A stretch of 64,000 nt of DNA from the human T2T-CHM13v2.0 reference genome, Homo sapiens. How positions within the stretch are numbered: the stretch's first letter is position 1; the number at the start of each line of letters is the position of its first letter. Below, in pieces: positions 41,001 through 54,700 of this stretch. The notes below the pieces were generated by a model. The model had not been told where the DNA came from and searched no databases. It saw only the letters and a program-made list of their open reading frames with translations. The DNA lies in the NCBI RefSeq assembly GCF_009914755.1, contig NC_060934.1, one strand, 5' to 3'. The translations under genes were made by a program, and so were the position numbers.

Positions 41001-44000
41001 TACACAGAGTCATTCGTAGAAACTAGTTTGTGATGTGTGCCTTCAACTCACAGAGTTTAACCTTTCTTTTCATAGAGCAGTTTGGAAACACTCTATTTGT
41101 AAAGTCTGCAAGTGGATATTTGGACCTCTTTGAGGCCTTCGTTGGAAACGGGATTTCTTCATACAACGCTAGACAGAAGAATTCTCAGTAACTTCTTTGT
41201 GTTGTGTGTATTCAACTCACAGAGTTGAACCTTTCTTTAGAGAGAGCAGAGTTGAAACACTCTGTTTTTGGAATTTGCAACTGCAGATTTCAAGCGATTC
41301 TAGGCCTATGGCAGAAAAGGAAATATCTTCGTATAAAAACTACACAGAATCATTCTCAACAACTACTTTGTGATGTGTGCGTTCAACTCACAGAGTTTAA
41401 CCTTTCTTTTCATAGAGCAGTTTGGAAACACTCTGTTTGTAAAGCCTGCAAGTGCTTTTTTGGACTTCATTGAGGCCTTCGTTGGAAACGGGATTTCTTC
41501 ATATAATGCTAGACAGAAGAATTCTCAGTCACTTCTTTGTGTTGTGTGTATTCAAGTCACAGAGTTGAACCTTCCTTTAGACAGAGCAGTTTTGAAAAAT
41601 TCTTTCTGTGTAATTTGCAAGTGGAGATTTCAAGCGATTTGAGGCTAATCTTTGAAATGGAAATATCTTCGTGTAAAAACTACACAGAATCATTCTCAGA
41701 AACTGCTTTGTCATCTGTGCGTTCAGTTCACAGAGTTTCACCTTTCTCTTCATAGAGCAGTTTGGAAAGACTCTGTCTGTAAAGTCTGCAAGTGATTAGT
41801 TAGACCCCTTTGAGGCCTTCGTTGGAAGCGGGATTTCTCATTTACTGCTAGACAGAAGAATTCTCAGTAAATCCTTTGTGTTGTGTGTATTCAACTCACA
41901 GAGTGGAACCTTCCTTTATTCAGAGCAGTTTTGAAAAACACTTTTTGTGGAATTTGCAAGTGGAGATTTCAAGCGATTTGACGCCAATCTTAGACATGGA
42001 AATATCTTCATATTAAAAGTACACAGAGTCATTCGTAGAAACTAGTTTGTGATGTGTGCCTTCAACTCACAGAGTTTAACCTTTCTTTTCATAGAGCAGT
42101 TTGGAAACACTCTATTTGTAAAGTCTGCAAGTGGATATTTGGACCTCTTTGAGGCCTTCGTTGGAAACGGGATTTCTTCATACAACGCTAGACAGAAGAA
42201 TTCTCAGTAACTTCTTTGTGTTGTGTGTATTCAACTCACAGAGTTGAACCTTTCTTTAGAGAGAGCAGAGTTGAAACACTCTGTTTTTGGAATTTGCAAC
42301 TGCAGATTTCAAGCGATTATAGGCCTATGGCAGAAAAGGAAATATCTTCGTATAAAAACTACACAGAATCATTCTCAACAACTACTTTGTGATGTGTGCG
42401 TTCAACTCACAGAGTTTAACCTTTCTTTTCATAGAGCAGTTTGGAAACACTCTGTTTGTAAAGCCTGCAAGTGCTTTTTTGGACTTCATTGAGGCCTTCG
42501 TTGGAAACGGGATTTCTTCATATAATGCTAGACAGAAGAATTCTCAGTCACTTCTTTGTGTTGTGTGTATTCAAGTCACAGAGTTGAACCTTCCTTTAGA
42601 CAGAGCAGTTTTGAAAAATTCTTTCTGTGTATTTTGCAAGTGGAGATTTCAAGCGATTTGAGGCTAATCTTTGAAATGGAAATATCTTCGTGTAAAAACT
42701 ACACAGAATCATTCTCAGAAACTGCTTTGTCATCTGTGCGTTCAGTTCACAGAGTTTCACCTTTCTCTTCATAGAGCAGTTTGGAAAGACTCTGTCTGTA
42801 AAGTCTGCAAGTGATTAGTTAGACCCCTTTGAGGCCTTCGTTGGAAGCGGGATTTCTCATTTACTGCTAGACAGAAGAATTCTCAGTAAATCCTTTGTGT
42901 TGTGTGTATTCAACTCACAGAGTGGAACCTTCCTTTATTCAGAGCACTTTTGAAACACTCTTTTTGTGGAATTTGCAAGTGGAGATTTCAAGCGATTTGA
43001 CGCCAATCTTAGACATGGAAATGTCTTCATATTAAAAGTACACAGAGTCATTCGTAGAAACTAGTTTGTGATGTGTGCCTTCAACTCACAGAGTTTAACC
43101 TTTCTTTTCATAGAGCAGTTGGGAAACACTCTATTTGTAAAGTCTGCAAGTGGATATTTGGACCTCTTTGAGGCCTTCGTTGGAAACGGGATTTCTTCAT
43201 ATAACGCTAGACAGAAGAATTCTCAGTAACTTCTTTGTGTTGTGTGTATTCAACTCACAGAGTTGAACCTTTCTTTAGAGGGAGCAGAGGTGAAACACTC
43301 TTTTTGTGGAATTTGCTAGTGTAGATTTCAAACGCTTCGAAGACAGTGATAGAAAAGGATATATCTTCGTATTAAAAGTAGACAAAATCATTCTCAGAAA
43401 ACTCTTTGTGATGTGTGTGTTCAACTCACAGAGTTTAACCTTTCTTTAATCGAGCAGTTTGGAAATACACTCTTTGTAAGTCTGCAGGTGGATATTTGGC
43501 CCTCTTTGAGCCCTTCGTAGGAAACGGGATTTCCTCATATAATGCTAGACAGAAGAATTCTCAGTAACTTCTTTGTGTTGTTTGTATTCAACACACAGAT
43601 TTGAACCTTCCTTTAGAGAGAGCAGATTTGAAACACTCTGTTTTTGGAATTTGCAAGTGCAGATTTCAAGCGCTTCTAGGCCTATGGCAGAAAAGGAAAT
43701 ATCTTCGTATAAAAACTACACAGAATCATTCTCAACAACTACTTTGTGATGTGTGCGTTCAACTCACAGAGTTTAACCTTTCTTTTCATAGAGCAGTTTG
43801 GAAACACTCTGTTTGTAAAGCCTGCAAGTGCTTTTTTGGACTTCATTGAGGCCTTCGTTGGAAACGGGATTTCTTCATATAATGCTAGACAGAAGAATTC
43901 TCAGTCACTTCTTTGTGTTGTGTGTATTCAAGTCACAGAGTTGAGCCTTCCTTTAGACAGAGCAGTTTTGAAAAATTCTTTCTGTGGAGTTTGCAAGTGG

Positions 44001-45783
44001 AGATTTCAAGCGATTTGAGGCTAATCTTTGAAATGGAAATATCTTCGTGTAAAAACTACACAGAATCATTCTCAGAAACTGCTTTGTCATCTGTGCGTTC
44101 AGTTCACAGAGTTTCACCTTTCTCTTCATAGAGCAGTTTGGAAAGACTCTGTCTGTAAAGTCTGCAAGTGATTAGTTAGACCCCTTTGAGGCCTTCGTTG
44201 GAAGCGGGATTTCTCATTTACTGCTAGACAGAAGAATTCTCAGTAAATCCTTTGTGTTGTGTGTATTCAACACACAGAGTGGAACCTTCCTTTATTCAGA
44301 GCAGTTTTGAAAAACACTTTTTGTGGAATTTGCAAGTGGAGATTTCAAGCGATTTGACGCCAATCTTAGACATGGAAATATCTTCATATTAAAAGTACAC
44401 AGAGTCATTCGTAGAAACTAGTTTGTGATGTGTGCCTTCAACTCACAGAGTTTAACCTTTCTTTTCATAGAGCAGTTTGGAAACACTCTATTTGTAAAGT
44501 CTGCAAGTGGATATTTGGACCTCTTTGAGGCCTTCGTTGGAAACGGGATTTCTTCATACAACGCTAGACAGAAGAATTCTCAGTAACTTCTTTGTGTTGT
44601 GTGTATTCAACTCACAGAGTTGAACCTTTCTTTAGAGAGAGCAGAGTTGAAACACTCTGTTTTTGGAATTTGCAAGTGCAGATTTCAAGCGATTCTAGGC
44701 CTATGGCAGAAAAGGAAATATCTTCGTATAAAAACTACACAGAATCATTCTCAACAACTACTTTGTGATGTGTGCGTTCAACTCACAGAGTTTAACCTTT
44801 CTTTTCATAGAGCAGTTTGGAAACACTGTGTTTGTAAAGCCTGCAAGTGCTTTTTTGGACTTCATTGAGGCCTTCGTTGGAAACGGGATTTCTTCATATA
44901 ATGCTAGACAGAAGAATTCTCAGTCACTTCTTTGTGTTGTGTGTATTCAAGTCACAGAGTTGAACCTTCCTTTAGACAGAGCAGTATTGAAAAATTCTTT
45001 CTGTGGAGTTTGCAAGTGGAGATTTCAAGCGATTTGAGGCTAATCTTTGAAATGGAAATATCTTCGTGTAAAAACTACACAGAATCATTCTCAGAAACTG
45101 CTTTGTCATCTGTGCGTTCAGTTCACAGAGTTTCACCTTTCTCTTCATAGAGCAGTTTGGAAAGACTCTGTCTGTAAAGTCTGCAAGTGATTAGTTAGAC
45201 CCCTTTGAGGCCTTCGTTGGAAGCGGGATTTCTCATTTACTGCTAGACAGAAGAATTCTCAGTAAATCCTTTGTGTTGTGTGTATTCAACTCACAGAGTG
45301 GAACCTTCCTTTATTCAGAGCAGTTTTGAAAAACACTTTTTGTGGAATTTGCAAGTGGAGATTTCAAGCGATTTGACGCCAATCTTAGACATGGAAATAT
45401 CTTCATATTAAAAGTACACAGAGTCATTCGTAGAAACTAGTTTGTGATGTGTGCCTTCAACTCACAGAGTTTAACCTTTCTTTTCATAGAGCAGTTTGGA
45501 AACACTCTATTTGTAAAGTCTGCAAGTGGATATTTGGACCTCTTTGAGGCCTTCGTTGGAAACGGGATTTCTTCATACAACGCTAGACAGAAGAATTCTC
45601 AGTAACTTCTTTGTGTTGTGTGTATTCAACTCACAGAGTTGAACCTTTCTTTAGAGAGAGCAGAGTTGAAACACTCTGTTTTTGGAATTTGCAACTGCAG
45701 ATTTCAAGCGATTCTAGGCCTATGGCAGAAAAGGAAATATCTTCGTATAAAAACTACACAGAATCATTCTCAACAACTACTTT
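5044..45783 (+). repeat. Structurally variable domain with 14-, 20-, 26- and 32-monomer composites
   Basis: Number of 6-mers after successive 8-mers: 2,1,2,4,2,2,1,1,1,3,3,2. Confidence 0.92.
15334..15350 (+). other. CENP-B box variant CTTCGTAGGAAACGGGA (7 copies)
   Basis: Also at 20767, 24162, 34685, 39099, 43513 and 46908. Corroborated by loss of the 63-aa ORF (new TAG) in exactly these 8-mers. Confidence 0.93.
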
Positions 45784-48700
45784 GTGATGTGTGCGTTCAA
45801 CTCACAGAGTTTAACCTTTCTTTTCATAGAGCAGTTTGGAAACACTCTGTTTGTAAAGCCTGCAAGTGCTTTTTTGGACTTCATTGAGGCCTTCGTTGGA
45901 AACGGGATTTCTTCATATAATGCTAGACAGAAGAATTCTCAGTCACTTCTTTGTGTTGTGTGTATTCAAGTCACAGAGTTGAACCTTCCTTTAGACAGAG
46001 CAGTTTTGAAAAATTCTTTCTGTGTAATTTGCAAGTGGAGATTTCAAGCGATTTGAGGCTAATCTTTGAAATGGAAATATCTTCGTGTAAAAACTACACA
46101 GAATCATTCTCAGAAACTGCTTTGTCATCTGTGCGTTCAGTTCACAGAGTTTCACCTTTCTCTTCATAGAGCAGTTTGGAAAGACTCTGTCTGTAAAGTC
46201 TGCAAGTGATTAGTTAGACCCCTTTGAGGCCTTCGTTGGAAGCGGGATTTCTCATTTACTGCTAGACAGAAGAATTCTCAGTAAATCCTTTGTGTTGTGT
46301 GTATTCAACTCACAGAGTGGAACCTTCCTTTATTCAGAGCACTTTTGAAACACTCTTTTTGTGGAATTTGCAAGTGGAGATTTCAAGCGATTTGACGCCA
46401 ATCTTAGACATGGAAATGTCTTCATATTAAAAGTACACAGAGTCATTCGTAGAAACTAGTTTGTGATGTGTGCCTTCAACTCACAGAGTTTAACCTTTCT
46501 TTTCATAGAGCAGTTGGGAAACACTCTATTTGTAAAGTCTGCAAGTGGATATTTGGACCTCTTTGAGACCTTCGTTGGAAACGGGATTTCTTCATATAAC
46601 GCTAGACAGAAGAATTCTCAGTAACTTCTTTGTGTTGTGTGTATTCAACTCACAGAGTTGAACCTTTCTTTAGAGGGAGCAGAGGTGAAACACTCTTTTT
46701 GTGGAATTTGCTAGTGTAGATTTCAAACGCTTCGAAGACAGTGATAGAAAAGGATATATCTTCGTATTAAAAGTAGACAAAATCATTCTCAGAAAACTCT
46801 TTGTGATGTGTGTGTTCAACTCACAGAGTTTAACCTTTCTTTAATCGAGCAGTTTGGAAATACACTCTTTGTAAGTCTGCAGGTGGATATTTGGCCCTCT
46901 TTGAGCCCTTCGTAGGAAACGGGATTTCCTCATATAATGCTAGACAGAAGAATTCTCAGTAACTTCTTTGTGTTGTTTGTATTCAACACACAGATTTGAA
47001 CCTTCCTTTAGAGAGAGCAGATTTGAAACACTCTGTTTTTGGAATTTGCAAGTGCAGATTTCAAGCGCTTCTAGGCCTATGGCAGAAAAGGAAATATCTT
47101 CGTATAAAAACTACACAGAATCATTCTCAACAACTACTTTGTGATGTGTGCGTTCAACTCACAGAGTTTAACCTTTCTTTTCATAGAGCAGTTTGGAAAC
47201 ACTCTGTTTGTAAAGCCTGCAAGTGCTTTTTTGGACTTCATTGAGGCCTTCGTTGGAAACGGGATTTCTTCATATAATGCTAGACAGAAGAATTCTCAGT
47301 CACTTCTTTGTGTTGTGTGTATTCAAGTCACAGAGTTGAGCCTTCCTTTAGACAGAGCAGTTTTGAAAAATTCTTTCTGTGGAGTTTGCAAGTGGAGATT
47401 TCAAGCGATTTGAGGCTAATCTTTGAAATGGAAATATCTTCGTGTAAAAACTACACAGAATCATTCTCAGAAACTGCTTTGTCATCTGTGCGTTCAGTTC
47501 ACAGAGTTTCACCTTTCTCTTCATAGAGCAGTTTGGAAAGACTCTGTCTGTAAAGTCTGCAAGTGATTAGTTAGACCCCTTTGAGGCCTTCGTTGGAAGC
47601 GGGATTTCTCATTTACTGCTAGACAGAAGAATTCTCAGTAAATCCTTTGTGTTGTGTGTATTCAACTCACAGAGTGGAACCTTCCTTTATTCAGAGCAGT
47701 TTTGAAAAACACTTTTTGTGGAATTTGCAAGTGGAGATTTCAAGCGATTTGACGCCAATCTTAGACATGGAAATATCTTCATATTAAAAGTACACAGAGT
47801 CATTCGTAGAAACTAGTTTGTGATGTGTGCCTTCAACTCACAGAGTTTAACCTTTCTTTTCATAGAGCAGTTTGGAAACACTCTATTTGTAAAGTCTGCA
47901 AGTGGATATTTGGACCTCTTTGAGGCCTTCGTTGGAAACGGGATTTCTTCATACAACGCTAGACAGAAGAATTCTCAGTAACTTCTTTGTGTTGTGTGTA
48001 TTCAACTCACAGAGTTGAACCTTTCTTTAGAGAGAGCAGAGTTGAAACACTCTGTTTTTGGAATTTGCAACTGCAGATTTCAAGCGATTCTAGGCCTATG
48101 GCAGAAAAGGAAATATCTTCGTATAAAAACTACACAGAATCATTCTCAACAACTACTTTGTGATGTGTGCGTTCAACTCACAGAGTTTAACCTTTCTTTT
48201 CATAGAGCAGTTTGGAAACACTCTGTTTGTAAAGCCTGCAAGTGCTTTTTTGGACTTCATTGAGGCCTTCGTTGGAAACGGGATTTCTTCATATAATGCT
48301 AGACAGAAGAATTCTCAGTCACTTCTTTGTGTTGTGTGTATTCAAGTCACAGAGTTGAACCTTCCTTTAGACAGAGCAGTTTTGAAAAATTCTTTCTGTG
48401 TAATTTGCAAGTGGAGATTTCAAGCGATTTGAGGCTAATCTTTGAAATGGAAATATCTTCGTGTAAAAACTACACAGAATCATTCTCAGAAACTGCTTTG
48501 TCATCTGTGCGTTCAGTTCACAGAGTTTCACCTTTCTCTTCATAGAGCAGTTTGGAAAGACTCTGTCTGTAAAGTCTGCAAGTGATTAGTTAGACGGCTT
48601 TGAGGCCTTCGTTGGAAGCGGGATTTCTCATTTACTGCTAGACAGAAGAATTCTCAGTAAATCCTTTGTGTTGTGTGTATTCAACTCACAGAGTGGAACC

Positions 48701-51700
48701 TTCCTTTATTCAGAGCAGTTTTGAAACACTCTTTTTGTGGAATTTGCAAGTGGAGATTTCAAGCGATTTGACGCCAATCTTAGACATGGAAATATCTTCA
48801 TATTAAAAGTACACAGAGTCATTCGTAGAAACTAGTTTGTGATGTGTGCCTTCAACTCACAGAGTTTAACCTTTCTTTTCATAGAGCAGTTGGGAAACAC
48901 TCTATTTGTAAAGTCTGCAAGTGGATATTTGGACCTCTTTGAGGCCTTCGTTGGAAACGGGATTTCTTCATATAACGCTAGACAGAAGAATTCTCAGTAA
49001 CTTCTTTGTGTTGTGTGTATTCAACTCACAGAGTTGAACCTTTCTTTAGAGGGAGCAGAGGTGAAACACTCTTTTTGTGGAATTTGCTAGTGTAGATTTC
49101 AAACGCTTCGAAGACAGTGATAGAAAAGGATATATCTTCGTATTAAAAATAGACAAAATCATTCTCAGAAAACTCTTTGTGATGTGTGTGTTCAACTCAC
49201 AGAGTTTAACCTTTCTTTAATCGAGCAGTTTGGAAATACACTCTTTGTAAGTCTGCAGGTGGATATTTGGCCCTCTTTGAGCCCTTCGTTGGAAACGGGA
49301 TTTCCTCATATAATGCTAGACAGAAGAATTCTCAGTAACTTCTTTGTGTTGTTTGTATTCAACACACAGATTTGAACCTTCCTTTAGAGAGAGCAGATTT
49401 GAAACACTCTGTTTTTGGAATTTGCAAGTGCAGATTTCAAGCGCTTCTAGGCCTATGGCAGAAAAGGAAATATCTTCGTATAAAAACTACACAGAATCAT
49501 TCTCAACAACTACTTTGTGATGTGTGCGTTCAACTCACAGAGTTTAACCTTTCTTTTCATAGAGCAGTTTGGAAACACTCTGTTTGTAAAGCCTGCAAGT
49601 GCTTTTTTGGACTTCATTGAGGCCTTCGTTGGAAACGGGATTTCTTCATATAATGCTAGACAGAAGAATTCTCAGTCACTTCTTTGTGTTGTGTGTATTC
49701 AAGTCACAGAGTTGAGCCTTCCTTTAGACAGAGCAGTTTTGAAAAATTCTTTCTGTGGAGTTTGCAAGTGGAGATTTCAAGCGATTTGAGGCTAATCTTT
49801 GAAATGGAAATATCTTCGTGTAAAAACTACACAGAATCATTCTCAGAAACTGCTTTGTCATCTGTGCGTTCAGTTCACAGAGTTTCACCTTTCTCTTCAT
49901 AGAGCAGTTTGGAAAGACTCTGTCTGTAAAGTCTGCAAGTGATTAGTTAGACCCCTTTGAGGCCTTCGTTGGAAGCGGGATTTCTCATTTACTGCTAGAC
50001 AGAAGAATTCTCAGTAAATCCTTTGTGTTGTGTGTATTCAACTCACAGAGTGGAACCTTCCTTTATTCAGAGCAGTTTTGAAAAACACTTTTTGTGGAAT
50101 TTGCAAGTGGAGATTTCAAGCGATTTGACGCCAATCTTAGACATGGAAATATCTTCATATTAAAAGTACACAGAGTCATTCGTAGAAACTAGTTTGTGAT
50201 GTGTGCCTTCAACTCACAGAGTTTAACCTTTCTTTTCATAGAGCAGTTTGGAAACACTCTATTTGTAAAGTCTGCAAGTGGATATTTGGACCTCTTTGAG
50301 GCCTTCGTTGGAAACGGGATTTCTTCATACAACGCTAGACAGAAGTATTCTCAGTAACTTCTTTGTGTTGTGTGTATTCAACTCACAGAGTTGAACCTTT
50401 CTTTAGAGAGAGCAGAGTTGAAACACTCTGTTTTTGGAATTTGCAACTGCAGATTTCAAGCCATTCTAGGCCTATGGCAGAAAAGGAAATATCTTCGTAT
50501 AAAAACTACACAGAATCATTCTCAACAACTACTTTGTGATGTGTGCGTTCAACTCACAGAGTTTAACCTTTCTTTTCATAGAGCAGTTTGGAAACACTCT
50601 GTTTGTAAAGCCTGCAAGTGCTTTTTTGGACTTCATTGAGGCCTTCGTTGGAAACGGGATTTCTTCATATAATGCTAGACAGAAGAATTCTCAGTCACTT
50701 CTTTGTGTTGTGTGTATTCAAGTCACAGAGTTGAACCTTCCTTTAGACAGAGCAGTTTTGAAAAATTCTTTCTGTGTAATTTGCAAGTGGAGATTTCAAG
50801 CGATTTGAGGCTAATCTTTGAAATGGAAATATCTTCGTGTAAAAACTACACAGAATCATTCTCAGAAACTGCTTTGTCATCTGTGCGTTCAGTTCACAGA
50901 GTTTCACCTTTCTCTTCATAGAGCAGTTTGGAAAGACTCTGTCTGTAAAGTCTGCAAGTGATTAGTTAGACCCCTTTGAGGCCTTCGTTGGAAGCGGGAT
51001 TTCTCATTTACTGCTAGACAGAAGAATTCTCAGTAAATCCTTTGTGTTGTGTGTATTCAACTCACAGAGTGGAACCTTCCTTTATTCAGAGCAGTTTTGA
51101 AACACTCTTTTTGTGGAATTTGCAAGTGGAGATTTCAAGCGATTTGACGCCAATCTTAGACATGGAAATATCTTCATATTAAAAGTACACAGAGTCATTC
51201 GTAGAAACTAGTTTGTGATGTGTGCCTTCAACTCACAGAGTTTAACCTTTCTTTTCATAGAGCAGTTGGGAAACACTCTATTTGTAAAGTCTGCAAGTGG
51301 ATATTTGGACCTCTTTGAGGCCTTCGTTGGAAACGGGATTTCTTCATATAACGCTAGACAGAAGAATTCTCAGTAACTTCTTTGTGTTGTGTGTATTCAA
51401 CTCACAGAGTTGAACCTTTCTTTAGAGGGAGCAGAGGTGAAACACTCTTTTTGTGGAATTTGCTAGTGTAGATTTCAAACGCTTCGAAGACAGTGATAGA
51501 AAAGGATATATCTTCGTATTAAAAGTAGACAAAATCATTCTCAGAAAACTCTTTGTGATGTGTGTGTTCAACTCACAGAGTTTAACCTTTCTTTAATCGA
51601 GCAGTTTGGAAATACACTCTTTGTAAGTCTGCAGGTGGATATTTGGCCCTCTTTGAGCCCTTCGTTGGAAACGGGATTTCCTCATATAATGCTAGACAGA

Positions 51701-54700
51701 AGAATTCTCAGTAACTTCTTTGTGTTGTTTGTATTCAACACACAGATTTGAACCTTCCTTTAGAGAGAGCAGATTTGAAACACTCTGTTTTTGGAATTTG
51801 CAAGTGCAGATTTCAAGCGCTTCTAGGCCTATGGCAGAAAAGGAAATATCTTCGTATAAAAACTACACAGAATCATTCTCAACAACTACTTTGTGATGTG
51901 TGCGTTCAACTCACAGAGTTTAACCTTTCTTTTCATAGAGCAGTTTGGAAACACTCTGTTTGTAAAGCCTGCAAGTGCTTTTTTGGACTTCATTGAGGCC
52001 TTCGTTGGAAACGGGATTTCTTCATATAATGCTAGACAGAAGAATTCTCAGTCACTTCTTTGTGTTGTGTGTATTCAAGTCACAGAGTTGAGCCTTCCTT
52101 TAGACAGAGCAGTTTTGAAAAATTCTTTCTGTGGAGTTTGCAAGTGGAGATTTCAAGCGATTTGAGGCTAATCTTTGAAATGGAAATATCTTCGTGTAAA
52201 AACTACACAGAATCATTCTCAGAAACTGCTTTGTCATCTGTGCGTTCAGTTCACAGAGTTTCACCTTTCTCTTCATAGAGCAGTTTGGAAAGACTCTGTC
52301 TGTAAAGTCTGCAAGTGATTAGTTAGACCCCTTTGAGGCCTTCGTTGGAAGCGGGATTTCTCATTTACTGCTAGACAGAAGAATTCTCAGTAAATCCTTT
52401 GTGTTGTGTGTATTCAACTCACAGAGTGGAACCTTCCTTTATTCAGAGCAGTTTTGAAAAACACTTTTTGTGGAATTTGCAAGTGGAGATTTCAAGCGAT
52501 TTGACGCCAATCTTAGACATGGAAATATCTTCATATTAAAAGTACACAGAGTCATTCGTAGAAACTAGTTTGTGATGTGTGCCTTCAACTCACAGAGTTT
52601 AACCTTTCTTTTCATAGAGCAGTTTGGAAACACTCTATTTGTAAAGTCTGCAAGTGGATATTTGGACCTCTTTGAGGCCTTCGTTGGAAACGGGATTTCT
52701 TCATACAACGCTAGACAGAAGTATTCTCAGTAACTTCTTTGTGTTGTGTGTATTCAACTCACAGAGTTGAACCTTTCTTTAGAGAGAGCAGAGTTGAAAC
52801 ACTCTGTTTTTGGAATTTGCAACTGCAGATTTCAAGCGATTCTAGGCCTATGGCAGAAAAGGAAATATCTTCGTATAAAAACTACACAGAATCATTCTCA
52901 ACAACTACTTTGTGATGTGTGCGTTCAACTCACAGAGTTTAACCTTTCTTTTCATAGAGCAGTTTGGAAACACTCTGTTTGTAAAGCCTGCAAGTGCTTT
53001 TTTGGACTTCATTGAGGCCTTCGTTGGAAACGGGATTTCTTCATATAATGCTAGACAGAAGAATTCTCAGTCACTTCTTTGTGTTGTGTGTATTCAAGTC
53101 ACAGAGTTGAACCTTCCTTTAGACAGAGCAGTTTTGAAAAATTCTTTCTGTGTAATTTGCAAGTGGAGATTTCAAGCGATTTGAGGCTAATCTTTGAAAT
53201 GGAAATATCTTCGTGTAAAAACTACACAGAATCATTCTCAGAAACTGCTTTGTCATCTGTGCGTTCAGTTCACAGAGTTTCACCTTTCTCTTCATAGAGC
53301 AGTTTGGAAAGACTCTGTCTGTAAAGTCTGCAAGTGATTAGTTAGACCCCTTTGAGGCCTTCGTTGGAAGCGGGATTTCTCATTTACTGCTAGACAGAAG
53401 AATTCTCAGTAAATCCTTTGTGTTGTGTGTATTCAACTCACAGAGTGGAACCTTCCTTTATTCAGAGCAGTTTTGAAACACTCTTTTTGTGGAATTTGCA
53501 AGTGGAGATTTCAAGCGATTTGACGCCAATCTTAGACATGGAAATATCTTCATATTAAAAGTACACAGAGTCATTCGTAGAAACTAGTTTGTGATGTGTG
53601 CCTTCAACTCACAGAGTTTAACCTTTCTTTTCATAGAGCAGTTGGGAAACACTCTATTTGTAAAGTCTGCAAGTGGATATTTGGACCTCTTTGAGGCCTT
53701 CGTTGGAAACGGGATTTCTTCATATAACGCTAGACAGAAGAATTCTCAGTAACTTCTTTGTGTTGTGTGTATTCAACTCACAGAGTTGAACCTTTCTTTA
53801 GAGGGAGCAGAGGTGAAACACTCTTTTTGTGGAATTTGCTAGTGTAGATTTCAAACGCTTCGAAGACAGTGATAGAAAAGGATATATCTTCGTATTAAAA
53901 GTAGACAAAATCATTCTCAGAAAACTCTTTGTGATGTGTGTGTTCAACTCACAGAGTTTAACCTTTCTTTAATCGAGCAGTTTGGAAATACACTCTTTGT
54001 AAGTCTGCAGGTGGATATTTGGTCCTCTTTGAGCCCTTCGTTGGAAACGGGATTTCCTCATATAATGCTAGACAGAAGAATTCTCAGTAACTTCTTTGTG
54101 TTGTTTGTATTCAACACACAGATTTGAACCTTCCTTTAGAGAGAGCAGATTTGAAACACTCTGTTTTTGGAATTTGCAAGTGCAGATTTCAAGCGCTTCT
54201 AGGCCTATGGCAGAAAAGGAAATATCTTCGTATAAAAACTACACAGAATCATTCTCAACAACTACTTTGTGATGTGTGCGTTCAACTCACAGAGTTTAAC
54301 CTTTCTTTTCATAGAGCAGTTTGGAAACACTCTGTTTGTAAAGCCTGCAAGTGCTTTTTTGGACTTCATTGAGGCCTTCGTTGGAAACGGGATTTCTTCA
54401 TATAATGCTAGACAGAAGAATTCTCAGTCACTTCTTTGTGTTGTGTGTATTCAAGTCACAGAGTTGAGCCTTCCTTTAGACAGAGCAGTTTTGAAAAATT
54501 CTTTCTGTGGAGTTTGCAAGTGGAGATTTCAAGCGATTTGAGGCTAATCTTTGAAATGGAAATATCTTCGTGTAAAAACTACACAGAATCATTCTCAGAA
54601 ACTGCTTTGTCATCTGTGCGTTCAGTTCACAGAGTTTCACCTTTCTCTTCATAGAGCAGTTTGGAAAGACTCTGTCTGTAAAGTCTGCAAGTGATTAGTT

